Assembly: GCA_016432365.1 (NCBI GenBank)
Contig: CP066686.1
Span: 64,355 to 128,354, forward strand
Length of the DNA stretch: 64,000 bases
Direction of reading: 5' to 3'
Source of the DNA: Candidatus Woesebacteria bacterium
Lineage (GTDB): Bacteria > Patescibacteriota > Microgenomatia > UBA8517
The position numbers and the translations under genes are program-made. Each line of letters starts with the position of its first letter. Position 1 is the stretch's first letter. Below the pieces are notes generated by a model, which was not told the origin of the DNA, did not search any database, and worked only from the letters and a program-made list of their open reading frames with translations. Below, piece by piece: positions 8,903 through 18,394 of the stretch.

Positions 8903-9766
8903 ATGACACAAGATACGATCAAAAATCTGCTTCCCAAATTCATAGAGTCCCTTAAATCTAAAGGGCGCTCCCCTGCTACCGTGCTTGCCTATAGAAGCGA
9001 CCTTGAACAGCTTACCGGCTATTTGTTAAAAAGAGAAAGAGCTACTCCAGATCAGGTAAAGCCTGAGGATTTAGACTCGTTCCGTGACCAACTTTTGGCT
9101 GACAAGTACACACCCAAATCCGTCAGCCGCAAACTAAATGCCGTAAAAACATTCTTTAGGTGGATGATTACAGAAAATGCTATTAGCTTTGATCCAAGCT
9201 CTTCGGTTGCCCACCCTAAGATTGACAATGCCTTACCCAAATTCCTTTCACAGCTTGAGTATAGGGCCCTTCGCGACGTTGTAAGAAACGATGTTAGAAT
9301 TGCTGCTATTGTCGAACTTATCCTACAAACAGGTCTTAGAATCTCTGAGGTCGCCAATCTTAAACTTGAACGTTCCAAAGATGGTTCGCTTAAGATTGAG
9401 TCTTATGCTACCCAGCCGGAAAGAACAGCTCCTTTGAACAAACCGGCTCAGGAGGTTCTTGATTCTTATATGAAGATAAGACCTAAATCGGATTCTCCCT
9501 ATGTTTTTATCAGCAAAAACGGTAAACCACTGGCAGTAAGAAACATCAGAGCGTCAATTTCCAGATATATGCAAAGGGCAGAACTTCCAAATTATTCTGT
9601 AAATGACTTAAGGACCACGTTTATGGTGGAAAATCTCAAAGCAGGGGTAGATATTGTCCTTCTTTCTCAAGTTTCCGGACACAAACGTCTTTCTACCACA
9701 GAAAGGTATTTGGAACTTGCACAAATAACCGAGCCTGGTAAAAAACAGGTCTTAGTTGAGCTGTAA
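8903..9766 (+). CDS. Tyrosine recombinase, XerC/XerD family
   Basis: N-terminal SAM-like domain (SPATVLAYRSDL), TGLRISE, NDLRTTF (HxxR variant), GH.....TERY. Confidence 0.9.
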   Translation: MTQDTIKNLLPKFIESLKSKGRSPATVLAYRSDLEQLTGYLLKRERATPDQVKPEDLDSFRDQLLADKYTPKSVSRKLNAVKTFFRWMITENAISFDPSSSVAHPKIDNALPKFLSQLEYRALRDVVRNDVRIAAIVELILQTGLRISEVANLKLERSKDGSLKIESYATQPERTAPLNKPAQEVLDSYMKIRPKSDSPYVFISKNGKPLAVRNIRASISRYMQRAELPNYSVNDLRTTFMVENLKAGVDIVLLSQVSGHKRLSTTERYLELAQITEPGKKQVLVEL

Positions 9767-10334
9767 CTGGCCCAATTGGACTAATTAGTCCAAATTTGCC
9801 AAATTTGTTTTCCCTACGCTTCTTATACAGGTTTTCTTTAAATCCCCCTTCTTGAACGAATTTTTGTTCTTTTGCTCTAATAAGTTGGTCCAGTAAATAA
9901 CCCTGTTTCATACATAAACAAATCATTAGATTTGCAAAGTTTTCTGCGTTGTTGTAATCCAAATTGGTCCACTTTGACAAATCAGACAAATTTGTTTCTG
10001 TTCCAATCGTCTCCTTAAAACTTCTGATTTTTAAGACTCTTGGGTCGTTTTTATCCCAAATTGGCAAATGTCTTTGCCTTAAATAATCTTCAAAGTCTTC
10101 TGAAAGTTCAGAATAAGAGGCTCTACTAACACTGGTTAGCATCATTTCCGAGGCCGATGAAATTTCCTTAGATCCCTCAACTATATTTTGTTTACCACTT
10201 CTCCCGGCCTGGACCATTTGTTCAACAGTTCTTTTGAATTTCAAGTCAGACAAGTACCGGTCGCAGAAAACAACAGTGAAGTCGAATATCGTTACAGAAA
10301 GTCTGTAAACAAGAAGGTTTTTGTAGCCACCCAT
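9693..10334 (-). CDS. Four-helix-bundle protein with suffix domain
   Basis: GYKNLLVY, RTVEQMVQAGRSGKQNIVEGS, ELSEDFEDYLRQR, F..EGGF.E.L; C-terminus runs through 9-mer repeats into xerC. Confidence 0.85.
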   Translation of the reverse strand: MGGYKNLLVYRLSVTIFDFTVVFCDRYLSDLKFKRTVEQMVQAGRSGKQNIVEGSKEISSASEMMLTSVSRASYSELSEDFEDYLRQRHLPIWDKNDPRVLKIRSFKETIGTETNLSDLSKWTNLDYNNAENFANLMICLCMKQGYLLDQLIRAKEQKFVQEGGFKENLYKKRRENKFGKFGLISPIGPVTAQLRPVFYQARLFVQVPNTFLW

Positions 10335-10383
10335 ATAACCAAGTTAGACTAATTAGCCTAATTGGTCAAATTAGAACTTTTTG

Positions 10384-10577
10384 TGGTCTCGGATGGAATC
10401 GAACCATCGTGTCGACTTTATGTTAGTAAATTCTGGTGGAGCCGGATGGAGTCGGACCATCGAATCGACTTTATAAGAGTCGTGGCTTACCGTTAACCTA
10501 CGGCTCCCCAGAATTCACTAACAGTCAAGGCAAAGCCTTGTCATAAGAGTCGTGTCCTACCATTGAACGACGAGACC
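10384..10577 (-). tRNA. tRNA-Ile (TAT) interrupted in the anticodon by a 123-nt insertion (5' part 10577-10544, 3' part 10420-10384)
   Basis: Joined halves give a 71-nt cloverleaf: GGTCTCG/CGAGACC, CGACT-CTTATAA-AGTCG, TTCGATT. Confidence 0.8.
10434..10507 (-). tRNA. tRNA-Ile (TAT), intact, nested inside the insertion of the outer tRNA
   Basis: GGAGCCG/CGGCTCC acceptor, CGACT-CTTATAA-AGTCG anticodon arm, variant T-loop TCCGACT, encoded ACCA. Confidence 0.85.
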
Positions 10578-10625
10578 AATGAGGCAATTATACCAAATAT
10601 ACGCGGAGAGACTAGTTACTAGTAG

Positions 10626-11477
10626 CTAGCGACTAGTGGCTTTTTTAAATGCTTGTGGCATTTCTTCCCAATCACGGTGTTTCCTAACTTTGAGATTCTT
10701 TTTCCAAATAGCCTCAAGGGCAGAGACATCTACCTTTAATTTTTTGGCAAGACCCAGTATTCCCACCATATCTTTCGGGAAACACGCTCCCCCAAAGCCC
10801 ATATCGCCATCCGGCCCGGGAACCCCTAGGTGGGTTCCGATCCTAGGATCTGATTCAACCGCTTTTTGAACATCTAAATAATTTGCTCCGACCTTTTTAG
10901 ACAATTCATAAAATTCATTCGCCAAGAGGACTTTGCTGGCCAACATCAAATTGCTCATATATTTGATTACTTCTGCGCTTGTAGTATCGGTAACGACGTA
11001 TGGCTGATTCTTTGGAAGAATTGTTTTATAAATTTTTATCACCTTTAAAGCAACATCTTTTGATTCTGCCCCAATTACTGTTCGAGAGGGATTAAGAAAA
11101 TCACGGTTTGCGTTCTTTTGGGTGAGAAACTCGGGATTCATGACAAAGTTAACTCCGGGATATTTTTTGACCAAACTTTTTGCTGTTCCGGGAAGCGAAG
11201 TTGACTTGATAATAAGTATTTTAGACGTCCCCGATATTTTGGGAGCGATCTGATCAACCACACCGATAACTATACTCATGTCCATACCACTATAATCTTC
11301 AAATATTGGCGTTGGAACACAAATAAAAATAAAGTCTGACTTTTTTACAACCTCGTCCAAGGTATTTGGAGATTCTTTGAATTTATCAAACCAAAAGACT
11401 TTATTCTTCGGATTTGAAGAAAAACCCTCCCCGGTTGCGCGCCCTACAAAACCGTAGCCGATAACGCCAATATTCAT
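10626..11477 (-). CDS. UDP-glucose/GDP-mannose dehydrogenase family protein (no C-terminal domain)
   Basis: GYGFVG, FICVPTP, IKST, NPEFL, GFGGACFPKD. Confidence 0.9.
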   Translation of the reverse strand: MNIGVIGYGFVGRATGEGFSSNPKNKVFWFDKFKESPNTLDEVVKKSDFIFICVPTPIFEDYSGMDMSIVIGVVDQIAPKISGTSKILIIKSTSLPGTAKSLVKKYPGVNFVMNPEFLTQKNANRDFLNPSRTVIGAESKDVALKVIKIYKTILPKNQPYVVTDTTSAEVIKYMSNLMLASKVLLANEFYELSKKVGANYLDVQKAVESDPRIGTHLGVPGPDGDMGFGGACFPKDMVGILGLAKKLKVDVSALEAIWKKNLKVRKHRDWEEMPQAFKKATSR

Positions 11478-11515
11478 GGGTCAAGTATAACAAGTAGAAA
11501 AAGTATTACAAGAGT

Positions 11516-13849
11516 TTACAGCTTCGCACGACGGGTTATCTCAGCCTCGACCAATTTCTCATCGCGTCCATATTTAAGTCTACTCATTTCTTTTATAATT
11601 TCTGCAATTCGTTCGCTCTCAGCAGCCTTTTGTTTGCTCATGTCTTTCGTAAGGTCCATTGAAAAAGGAGGAACCGGTTCGTTATTAACGATAGTCTTGG
11701 CAAAAGCATGATAACGCTCAACATTAAGAAGATCGTCTTCTCCAAACACGGGCGCAAATTCATGAGCCAGATAATTAGCGTCTGTCACCCCAACCCTAAA
11801 GGCAACAATCGTACCAACGTTTCCAAAGACGGCGTTTTTAACCTCTTCCTCAACCTGACCTATAAACTGGTTGGCAACACAAAGCCCAAGGCGGTATTTA
11901 CGGGCCTCAGATAAAATTACTGCGAAATCCGGTGTAGCAAAATTCTGAAACTCGTCTACATAGAAATAAAAATCTCGCCTGTCCTTCATAGGCATGTCCA
12001 CCCTACTCATGGCGGCCATTAGAACCCGAGGAACAAGAATTAGTCCCAAAAAGTTTGAGTTTTCCTCCCCCAAACTTCCCTTTGCAAGATTAATTAAAAG
12101 AATTTTCCCTTCGTCCATAACTTTGCGCAAATCAAAAGAGCTTTGGGATTGCCCGATTATATTTCTAATTAATTTGTTTGTAACGAATCTTCCAAACTTT
12201 GATGTAATGTAATCCAAAACTTCTGACTTATGAAAGTCAGAAGTTTGAGCAATCTGGTCTGTCCAATAACGGCGGATAATCGGATCCTGAACTTTGGGCA
12301 ACAGTTCTTGTACAAATTTTGCATCTGTCAAAATTCTCATAATTTCTACAAATGTACTCCCCGGCTCATACATTGCCGTAAGCATGGCATTACGAACGGC
12401 GTGTTCAAATCTGGGTCCCACAATACCGGTCTTGTAAGGGTCAAAAAGTTTGTACATCATATTAATTACTGCCGTTGCTGCAAAATGTTTTTCGTCCTCG
12501 GTTCTGGCCTCAAGAAGATTAAGCCCCAAGGGCCGTTCCGTGTCGCTTGGATTAAAGTAGATTACATCTTCGGCCCTCTCCGGCGGAACCATCTTTAAAA
12601 TATCTTCAATAGCGTCACCGTGAGGGTCCATAAAGCAAACGCCCTTTCCCTCTTTTATATCCTGAATAACCATATCCTTCAAAATCTCAGACTTTCCGGT
12701 TCCGGTTTTTCCAATGATATATACATGCCTCATTCTGTCTTCATTGCCCAAAAACACGGGGCGCTTTATACCTCTGTAATTACTTACTCCCAGATATAGA
12801 CCGGTAGTCGGAATTTGCGCCGGAGCCGGAGCTGTTTTCGAATTTAACCAAAAAATATGAGGGGTAGTTATCTGTCTATTGGGAAAGTGAAAGATTGTGG
12901 CAAGTTCCTCGGAATTCAAAATTGACGAATGATTGCCAAAAAGATTGAACATTGGTTGATACCTGTAAAGAAAATCCTCCATAAACGATCCCTTTCTCCA
13001 TATTTTTCTGCTTTTGAGATTGTTCAGATCCCCTGCGAACTGGGCAAAAGCCCCTGCAATATTTGTTACGTGACTCTTTGCTGAATCTTCATCTAACGAA
13101 ACAACAACAATGCGTATTGAAGTTTCAAAACCGGGTTTTGCGATTTTGTTTTCAACAGCCTCTAGGGTTTTTGCAGGCGTAGAGTATTTGGCCTTTTCGG
13201 GATCGCTTTCTTGTTTTTTAGTGTCGGAAATAAATTTGCCACCTTCCTTTTGCCAATCGCTTTCGGCTGGCGAAATCAACACCTGTATAACAGCCGCCTC
13301 TTCAGGGCCCATTTTGGCAAGGGCCGAAGTGATTGCACTCATCGGGTCTGTTGGTAAATCTTTAAAAGTTTTAATGGGATAAAAATTACTCTTACCGAGC
13401 TGGAACGATTTGTACGCAACTCTTCCGTCTTTTGTAAAGACGTTGTATTCATCGATCTCTAATATCTCAGCGTCAGAATAGGCTCCGTTGATTTGTTTTT
13501 CTACTAAGTCCTTTATTTTTTTGGGGCACCAAACATAAAATCTTATATCCTCCTGTTTAGCAACGATCTCAAAAGAAATTGAAGGTTGGATTGAAAACTT
13601 TTGCTTCCAACCGCCCTTTTTTAGGGTATAAAGCGATGAAAAAAGCTGCTCCATCACATCAATCTTTGCTTCGTTGTTTCTAGGAAGCGCCACTTGGAGT
13701 AGGACCGAATCGATTGAAGACTCTTCTCTGTTCTTATGCTTAAAAAATATAAAAATAGCGTAACCCAAAGCCACGAGCAAAAAAATCAAAACAGCAATTC
13801 CAATTGCTGCCAACAGTATGCCGGTAAAATTTATTTGATCTATAAACAT
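11516..13849 (-). CDS. VirD4/TraD-like coupling ATPase with N-terminal TM anchor
   Basis: RHVYIIGKTGTGKS, DPHGD, YVDEFQNF, SEARKYRL, NQ. Confidence 0.88.
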   Translation of the reverse strand: MFIDQINFTGILLAAIGIAVLIFLLVALGYAIFIFFKHKNREESSIDSVLLQVALPRNNEAKIDVMEQLFSSLYTLKKGGWKQKFSIQPSISFEIVAKQEDIRFYVWCPKKIKDLVEKQINGAYSDAEILEIDEYNVFTKDGRVAYKSFQLGKSNFYPIKTFKDLPTDPMSAITSALAKMGPEEAAVIQVLISPAESDWQKEGGKFISDTKKQESDPEKAKYSTPAKTLEAVENKIAKPGFETSIRIVVVSLDEDSAKSHVTNIAGAFAQFAGDLNNLKSRKIWRKGSFMEDFLYRYQPMFNLFGNHSSILNSEELATIFHFPNRQITTPHIFWLNSKTAPAPAQIPTTGLYLGVSNYRGIKRPVFLGNEDRMRHVYIIGKTGTGKSEILKDMVIQDIKEGKGVCFMDPHGDAIEDILKMVPPERAEDVIYFNPSDTERPLGLNLLEARTEDEKHFAATAVINMMYKLFDPYKTGIVGPRFEHAVRNAMLTAMYEPGSTFVEIMRILTDAKFVQELLPKVQDPIIRRYWTDQIAQTSDFHKSEVLDYITSKFGRFVTNKLIRNIIGQSQSSFDLRKVMDEGKILLINLAKGSLGEENSNFLGLILVPRVLMAAMSRVDMPMKDRRDFYFYVDEFQNFATPDFAVILSEARKYRLGLCVANQFIGQVEEEVKNAVFGNVGTIVAFRVGVTDANYLAHEFAPVFGEDDLLNVERYHAFAKTIVNNEPVPPFSMDLTKDMSKQKAAESERIAEIIKEMSRLKYGRDEKLVEAEITRRAKL

Positions 13850-13872
13850 TTTTAGAACCTAGATACTAGTAT

Positions 13873-14220
13873 CTAGTTACTAGTATCTGTCGGGCTTAGC
13901 CCGAGTATCTTCCAACCAAAATGCAATGCCTTTTTGATCACCCGCAGCCAAAATGCTCCCAGCCAAGTTGCCCCCGAAGTCGTATCCCCTTTAGACCAAG
14001 TTGTAAGCGTGGCCGGATCGGCCGGGGGTTGAACTGTAATTACTTGAGTCGGCGGAGTTTGAATTACGGGAGACCCCTTATCGTCGTTGACCTGAGCCTT
14101 AAAATTTTTCTGAACGACTTTAACCCCGCTTCCGGAAAGTGTTTCGGGAACAACAAACTCTTCCTGTCGTTCAACAACTTGAGGAACATCCGGTCTTAGT
14201 ATCTCAGGGGTGGCAGCCAT
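13873..14220 (-). CDS. Hypothetical protein
   Basis: 115-aa ORF upstream of and co-oriented with the ATPase. Confidence 0.65.
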   Translation of the reverse strand: MAATPEILRPDVPQVVERQEEFVVPETLSGSGVKVVQKNFKAQVNDDKGSPVIQTPPTQVITVQPPADPATLTTWSKGDTTSGATWLGAFWLRVIKKALHFGWKILGLSPTDTSN

Positions 14221-14281
14221 AATGATTTATTTTACACTATATTTAGACTGTTTGAGACAGCTTTGTAGTATAATTTGCCAA

Positions 14282-14623
14282 ATGGAACCTGAAGAATTTT
14301 CGGAAAAAATAAAAAGTGGAAAACCGACCAAAACGAACCAAAACATGACTTTGCAAAAAGCTATCGATTTTGGAGAATATAATCCTGATTACCTCTCCAC
14401 CTTCCCCGAATGGGCCACCCTAAGCAAGCACGTCCAGTTCCAGTTTATTAAAACCGGGATAGAAAACCGTAGGAAACAGTTACTAATGCAATATGCAGAA
14501 ATAAGCAATGTCTTGGACTTTAGACTTAAGCCTGAATTAAAAGAAACGCTAGACAACATTCATAAACAGTTAAAAACGTTGGACGAAGTCTTCGAGAAAC
14601 TTTCGATGGAGTATTTTAAATGA
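14282..14623 (+). CDS. Hypothetical protein
   Basis: Start MEPEE at 14282, 7 nt after TATAAT. Confidence 0.7.
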   Translation: MEPEEFSEKIKSGKPTKTNQNMTLQKAIDFGEYNPDYLSTFPEWATLSKHVQFQFIKTGIENRRKQLLMQYAEISNVLDFRLKPELKETLDNIHKQLKTLDEVFEKLSMEYFK

Positions 14624-14626
14624 AAG

Positions 14627-15178
14627 TCATTTTGAAGTTTTCCAAAATTTTTCCTTGACCTTTGCTTTGAAGTTTTCTCTCCTCGCCATCATAAATAAAT
14701 AGTCAGATAGGCGATTTATATACATTATCGCCCCACTAGGTACTCTGTACTCTGTACTCTGTACTACCAAAGCGCGTTCAGCTCGGCGACAAATTGACCG
14801 GGCATAAAAGAGCTGTGAAGCTCGCGGTGTACCGCCGTAAAAAATAAAGTTTTTTTGGACGGGCAATTCCCCTTCCCATTTATCAATCTCTTTTTCCAGT
14901 TTTTTAGTTTTTGTTTTAGAAAATCTGAGGTTTGCCCCGGCAAGTATCGAGTTTATTGTAAATAAATTCCCCTGTATCTCTTCTATCTTTTTAATTCCAC
15001 TACTATCATTCGAATGATAGTAGTGTGATTTAATGACACCTAAAAAAGAATTTAACTCATCAATTGCCCCGATCGCTGCAATCTTGCAAGAATCTTTGCT
15101 GATTCCGATAAGCTGACCAGACTTTTTGTCAAAAACTTTTGTAATTCCTTTATCTCCTGTTTTTGTATAAATTGACAT
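14627..15178 (-). CDS. pduO: Cob(I)alamin adenosyltransferase, PduO type
   Basis: IYTKTGDKG.T, G.IDELNS..G, AR..CRRAER, YINRLSDYLF. Confidence 0.93.
   Translation of the reverse strand: MSIYTKTGDKGITKVFDKKSGQLIGISKDSCKIAAIGAIDELNSFLGVIKSHYYHSNDSSGIKKIEEIQGNLFTINSILAGANLRFSKTKTKKLEKEIDKWEGELPVQKNFIFYGGTPRASQLFYARSICRRAERALVVQSTEYRVPSGAIMYINRLSDYLFMMARRENFKAKVKEKFWKTSK
14998..15025. repeat. Perfect 28-bp palindrome inside pduO
   Basis: CACTACTATCATTCGAATGATAGTAGTG. Confidence 0.85.
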
Positions 15179-15187
15179 GAAGAAATA

Positions 15188-17629
15188 TTAACACTCTGAA
15201 TGTCCGCACACATGGCATTTTGCGCAACCCTCTTCATAAACCAACGCACTGCTTCCACAAGAAGGACAAATATCCCCAGCCTTGGTCATTGGCTGTAAAA
15301 ATTGAGGTTCAGCAGCCGGAATGGGTGTGGGGTCTAGGACCGCCACACTGGTTCCAACCTGCAAACTAACTCCGTTCACAGAATCTTGTTTGTCAGACCC
15401 AAACCCAAAATGAAGAGATATTGCCCGTGCTACCGCATCAGGGAGCGATCTGATTTTATTTGGCCCAAATCCAACTGATCTGCCTCCACCAATCCCCCTC
15501 AGCTGCTCCATAATCTCCCTTGCCCGCTCGATAGGAGGCTTGTGGTTTCCAAATCTGAGAGTTGTAGAAATCATACGGCCCAACGCCTCTGCGAGAGCGG
15601 CCACCTCACTTCCTGCCTTACCTATGGTAATAAATACCTCAAATGGATTTCCTTGTGGATCTTGGTTTACTGTGATAAATGCAACGCCAAGAGGTGTTGG
15701 GATTCTATATGTTGCTCCGTCAACTCTCAGGGGTCTTTCTGTAACAATTGGCCTTGCCTCGCCGGAGCCTTGCGCGGAGGCGGGTTTTTCATCAACTTTT
15801 GAAAGAACTCCTGTCCTACTTCCGTCTCTAAAATAAGTAACACCCTTACAGCCAAGCTCGTAAGCAAGTTGATAGAGTTTTTTGACATCTTCTAAAGTGT
15901 GAGAATTGGGAGCATTAACGGTCTTGCTAATTGACGAGTCTGTTAAATTTTGAATCATTGCTTGGACTTTTACATGATCCTCGGGAGTTAGGGCACTGGC
16001 GCTGACAAAGTAATCCGGAATCTTTTCCGACGGGTGTTCCTTAAGCCATTCGTCGTACAGCGGATGATTAACAATATGCTCCCCGGTTCTATCGTTTCTT
16101 TTATAACTGAATTCGTAAACCGGTTCGATGCCGGAAGAAACCCCGGCAAGAAGAGAGATTGTACCCGTTGGAGCCTGGGTTAAAATAATTGCATTCCTTA
16201 TTCCGTGATTGGCTATTAACTTTCTAATTTCTTCCGGAAGTTTTTGAATGAACACTCCTTTTAAGTACTTATCTTTTTTAAATCCTCCAAAAGATCCCTT
16301 TTCTTTGGCGAGAAGTGCTGAAGTTGTATAAGCCGCATTTCTGATTGTAGAATATATTTTTTCAATGACTTCTAGAGACTCCGGGCTTCCGTATTTTAAT
16401 TTCATTTTGATAAGAGCGTCCGCCAGTCCTAAAGTACCTAGCCCAGTGCGTCTAATATTAAGCTGTGCTTTTTTATTTTCATCATAAAAATAGTAGTTGG
16501 CATCTACTACGTTATCCAAAAAACGTGTGGCAATTGAGGCGTGTTCTGCAAGAAGTTTATAATCAACATTTCCGTCATTAATAAATGCAGGGAGATTCAA
16601 ATGACCCAAGTTGCAAACCCCCCAAGCTCCCAAACCCTGCTCCCCACACGGGTTGGTTGCAATAATTTTTTCAAAATACCAGGTATTGCTTAACTTGTTA
16701 TATCTATCGATAAATACAACTCCCGGCTCAGCCGATTTCCATGCTGCCTCACCGATTAAATTCCATAAATCTCTCGCCTTTATGGTTTTGTGAACAATAA
16801 CCGGATAGTCTTTCTCCTTCCACTTATCTAAGTCCCCGTCCCATTCTTCGTCGTATTTATAATACGAGTTATCCGGAAAAACCAAATTCCAATCAGCGTC
16901 CGTTTTGACGGCATCCATGAACGCGTCGGAGACACACACCGAAAGATTTGCACCGGGAATTTTTGTGAGATCTTGTTTAACCGTGATGAACTCTTCAACA
17001 TCGGGGTGCCAATCATTAATCATTATCATCAAGGCCCCGCGGCGTGAACCACCCTGCTGAATAACATCGTGGTTTGCCGTTGAATAAAGAGCTGCCCAAT
17101 TAACAGGACCCGAAGAAGTTCCGTTTACTTTTTTAACTCTGGAACCTCTAGGTCTAAGTGAGCTCAAGTTTACCCCGACTCCTCCGCCCCTAGCCTGGAT
17201 TTCTACAGTCATTGTAATATTTTCCATAATTCCCCCGCGGCTATCCTTGGGAGACGGAATTACATAACAGTTGTAATAAGTTACTTGATACGGAGTTCCG
17301 GCGCCGGACAAAATACGACCAGCTGGGACAAATTTGAATCCACTCATCGCTTTATAGAACTTTTCTTCCCAAACTTTTCTTAAAGCCGGTTTTTCCTGTT
17401 GGGAAATCCCCCAGGCCACCCTTTTCCACATTTGTTCTGGATACTCCTCAAGCGGCTTACCCTCTTCATTCTTAAGTGAATATCTATCGAGAAAAACGTC
17501 CTTTCTTATCCCGTCAAGTGTAGTAGGGTTAGCCGGGGCTTCAAAAACAAAGTCCGCATTCATTAAGTGTTTTTTACTTTTCCCGTTTGTGTACTTCTTT
17601 TCTGTTTTGTTTTTTATTTGTAATTGCAT
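15188..17629 (-). CDS. nrdJ: Class II (adenosylcobalamin-dependent) ribonucleotide reductase with TSCPD domain
   Basis: YNCYV, TNPCGEQ.L...GVCNLG, APTGTIS, KGVTYFRDG, C-terminal CPSCG...EGC..C..CG.SEC. Confidence 0.95.
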   Translation of the reverse strand: MQLQIKNKTEKKYTNGKSKKHLMNADFVFEAPANPTTLDGIRKDVFLDRYSLKNEEGKPLEEYPEQMWKRVAWGISQQEKPALRKVWEEKFYKAMSGFKFVPAGRILSGAGTPYQVTYYNCYVIPSPKDSRGGIMENITMTVEIQARGGGVGVNLSSLRPRGSRVKKVNGTSSGPVNWAALYSTANHDVIQQGGSRRGALMIMINDWHPDVEEFITVKQDLTKIPGANLSVCVSDAFMDAVKTDADWNLVFPDNSYYKYDEEWDGDLDKWKEKDYPVIVHKTIKARDLWNLIGEAAWKSAEPGVVFIDRYNKLSNTWYFEKIIATNPCGEQGLGAWGVCNLGHLNLPAFINDGNVDYKLLAEHASIATRFLDNVVDANYYFYDENKKAQLNIRRTGLGTLGLADALIKMKLKYGSPESLEVIEKIYSTIRNAAYTTSALLAKEKGSFGGFKKDKYLKGVFIQKLPEEIRKLIANHGIRNAIILTQAPTGTISLLAGVSSGIEPVYEFSYKRNDRTGEHIVNHPLYDEWLKEHPSEKIPDYFVSASALTPEDHVKVQAMIQNLTDSSISKTVNAPNSHTLEDVKKLYQLAYELGCKGVTYFRDGSRTGVLSKVDEKPASAQGSGEARPIVTERPLRVDGATYRIPTPLGVAFITVNQDPQGNPFEVFITIGKAGSEVAALAEALGRMISTTLRFGNHKPPIERAREIMEQLRGIGGGRSVGFGPNKIRSLPDAVARAISLHFGFGSDKQDSVNGVSLQVGTSVAVLDPTPIPAAEPQFLQPMTKAGDICPSCGSSALVYEEGCAKCHVCGHSEC
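15754..15784 (-). repeat. In-frame palindromic element, copy 2 (in nrdJ)
   Basis: CCCGCCTCCGCGCAAGGCTCCGGCGAGGCAA encoding PASAQGSGEA. Confidence 0.7.
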
Positions 17630-17665
17630 ATATTAATTAACGCTCAACAATAGATTTCAGAAGCT

Positions 17666-17681
17666 ACACAACTTGTTGTGT
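17666..17681. promoter_or_regulatory. Candidate NrdR box
   Basis: ACACAACTTGTTGTGT palindrome between nrdR and nrdJ, similar to acaCwAtATaTwGtgt. Confidence 0.55.
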
Positions 17682-17710
17682 GCGCGACTGAACCTAGTAC
17701 CAGAGAAGTC

Positions 17711-18145
17711 CTACTTCTCTATGGCTTTTTCAAAATCACTTAAATCTTCAAATTCAAGATATACGCTGGCGAACCTCAACCAAGCTACTTTATCTAATTT
17801 CTTAAGTCTCTTTAAAATTGCATTGCCAATTGTACGGCTTTGAACCTCAGCCTCCTCAGCTTTAAGCATTTCCCGTTCGACATCTTCTAAAACCGCCTCT
17901 ACCTGATCCATTGAGACCGGACGTTTAAGTATCGCTCTCAATATTCCCCTTCTTATCTTTTCCTTGTCGAAAGGTTCGCGCCGTCCGTCTTTTTTTATCA
18001 CCCAAAGGAAAGTTTTTTTTACCTCTTCAAAGGTTGTAAATCTTTTCTCACATTTACCACACTCCCGCCTACGCCGGACTTTACCATCAACCGTTCTGCT
18101 TTCGAGAACACTTGTATCTGCCGCTCCACAAAATGGACATTTCAT
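17711..18145 (-). CDS. nrdR: Transcriptional repressor NrdR
   Basis: MKCPFC, RRRRECxxC..RFTTFE, ATP cone, RFASVY. Confidence 0.97.
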   Translation of the reverse strand: MKCPFCGAADTSVLESRTVDGKVRRRRECGKCEKRFTTFEEVKKTFLWVIKKDGRREPFDKEKIRRGILRAILKRPVSMDQVEAVLEDVEREMLKAEEAEVQSRTIGNAILKRLKKLDKVAWLRFASVYLEFEDLSDFEKAIEK

Positions 18146-18394
18146 AGGTAATAATAAGTAAGGGCAGAAACTTCTTTCACGAATGGAAAACGTTTACTCT
18201 ACAACTAGTGACAAAGGTGATTATTCAACACTACCCCTACACTATCAACTACCAACATTTATAGCAAAACATATCACATCAGGCGTGAGGTGAAGCCATT
18301 TTTTTTGAACTTATTTTGCTCGCGGGGAATCTTGCGGAAATCTAAAATTTGAAGTTATAAAGAATGGTTCAAAAAAGATAAACAATAGCGGTAG

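Noticed and set aside
8903-9766. Prophage or island integrase acting at the nearby tRNAs
   Set aside because: Xer-sized, with no arm-binding domain, no phage genes and no distant att duplication seen; more likely housekeeping
10421-10543. Group I or group II intron in the tRNA
   Set aside because: Only 123 nt, fully accounted for by a tRNA, one stem and one hairpin; no catalytic core and no terminal G at the plausible junctions
11516-13849. Conjugative element
   Set aside because: A lone coupling-protein-like ATPase with no relaxase or other T4SS genes nearby
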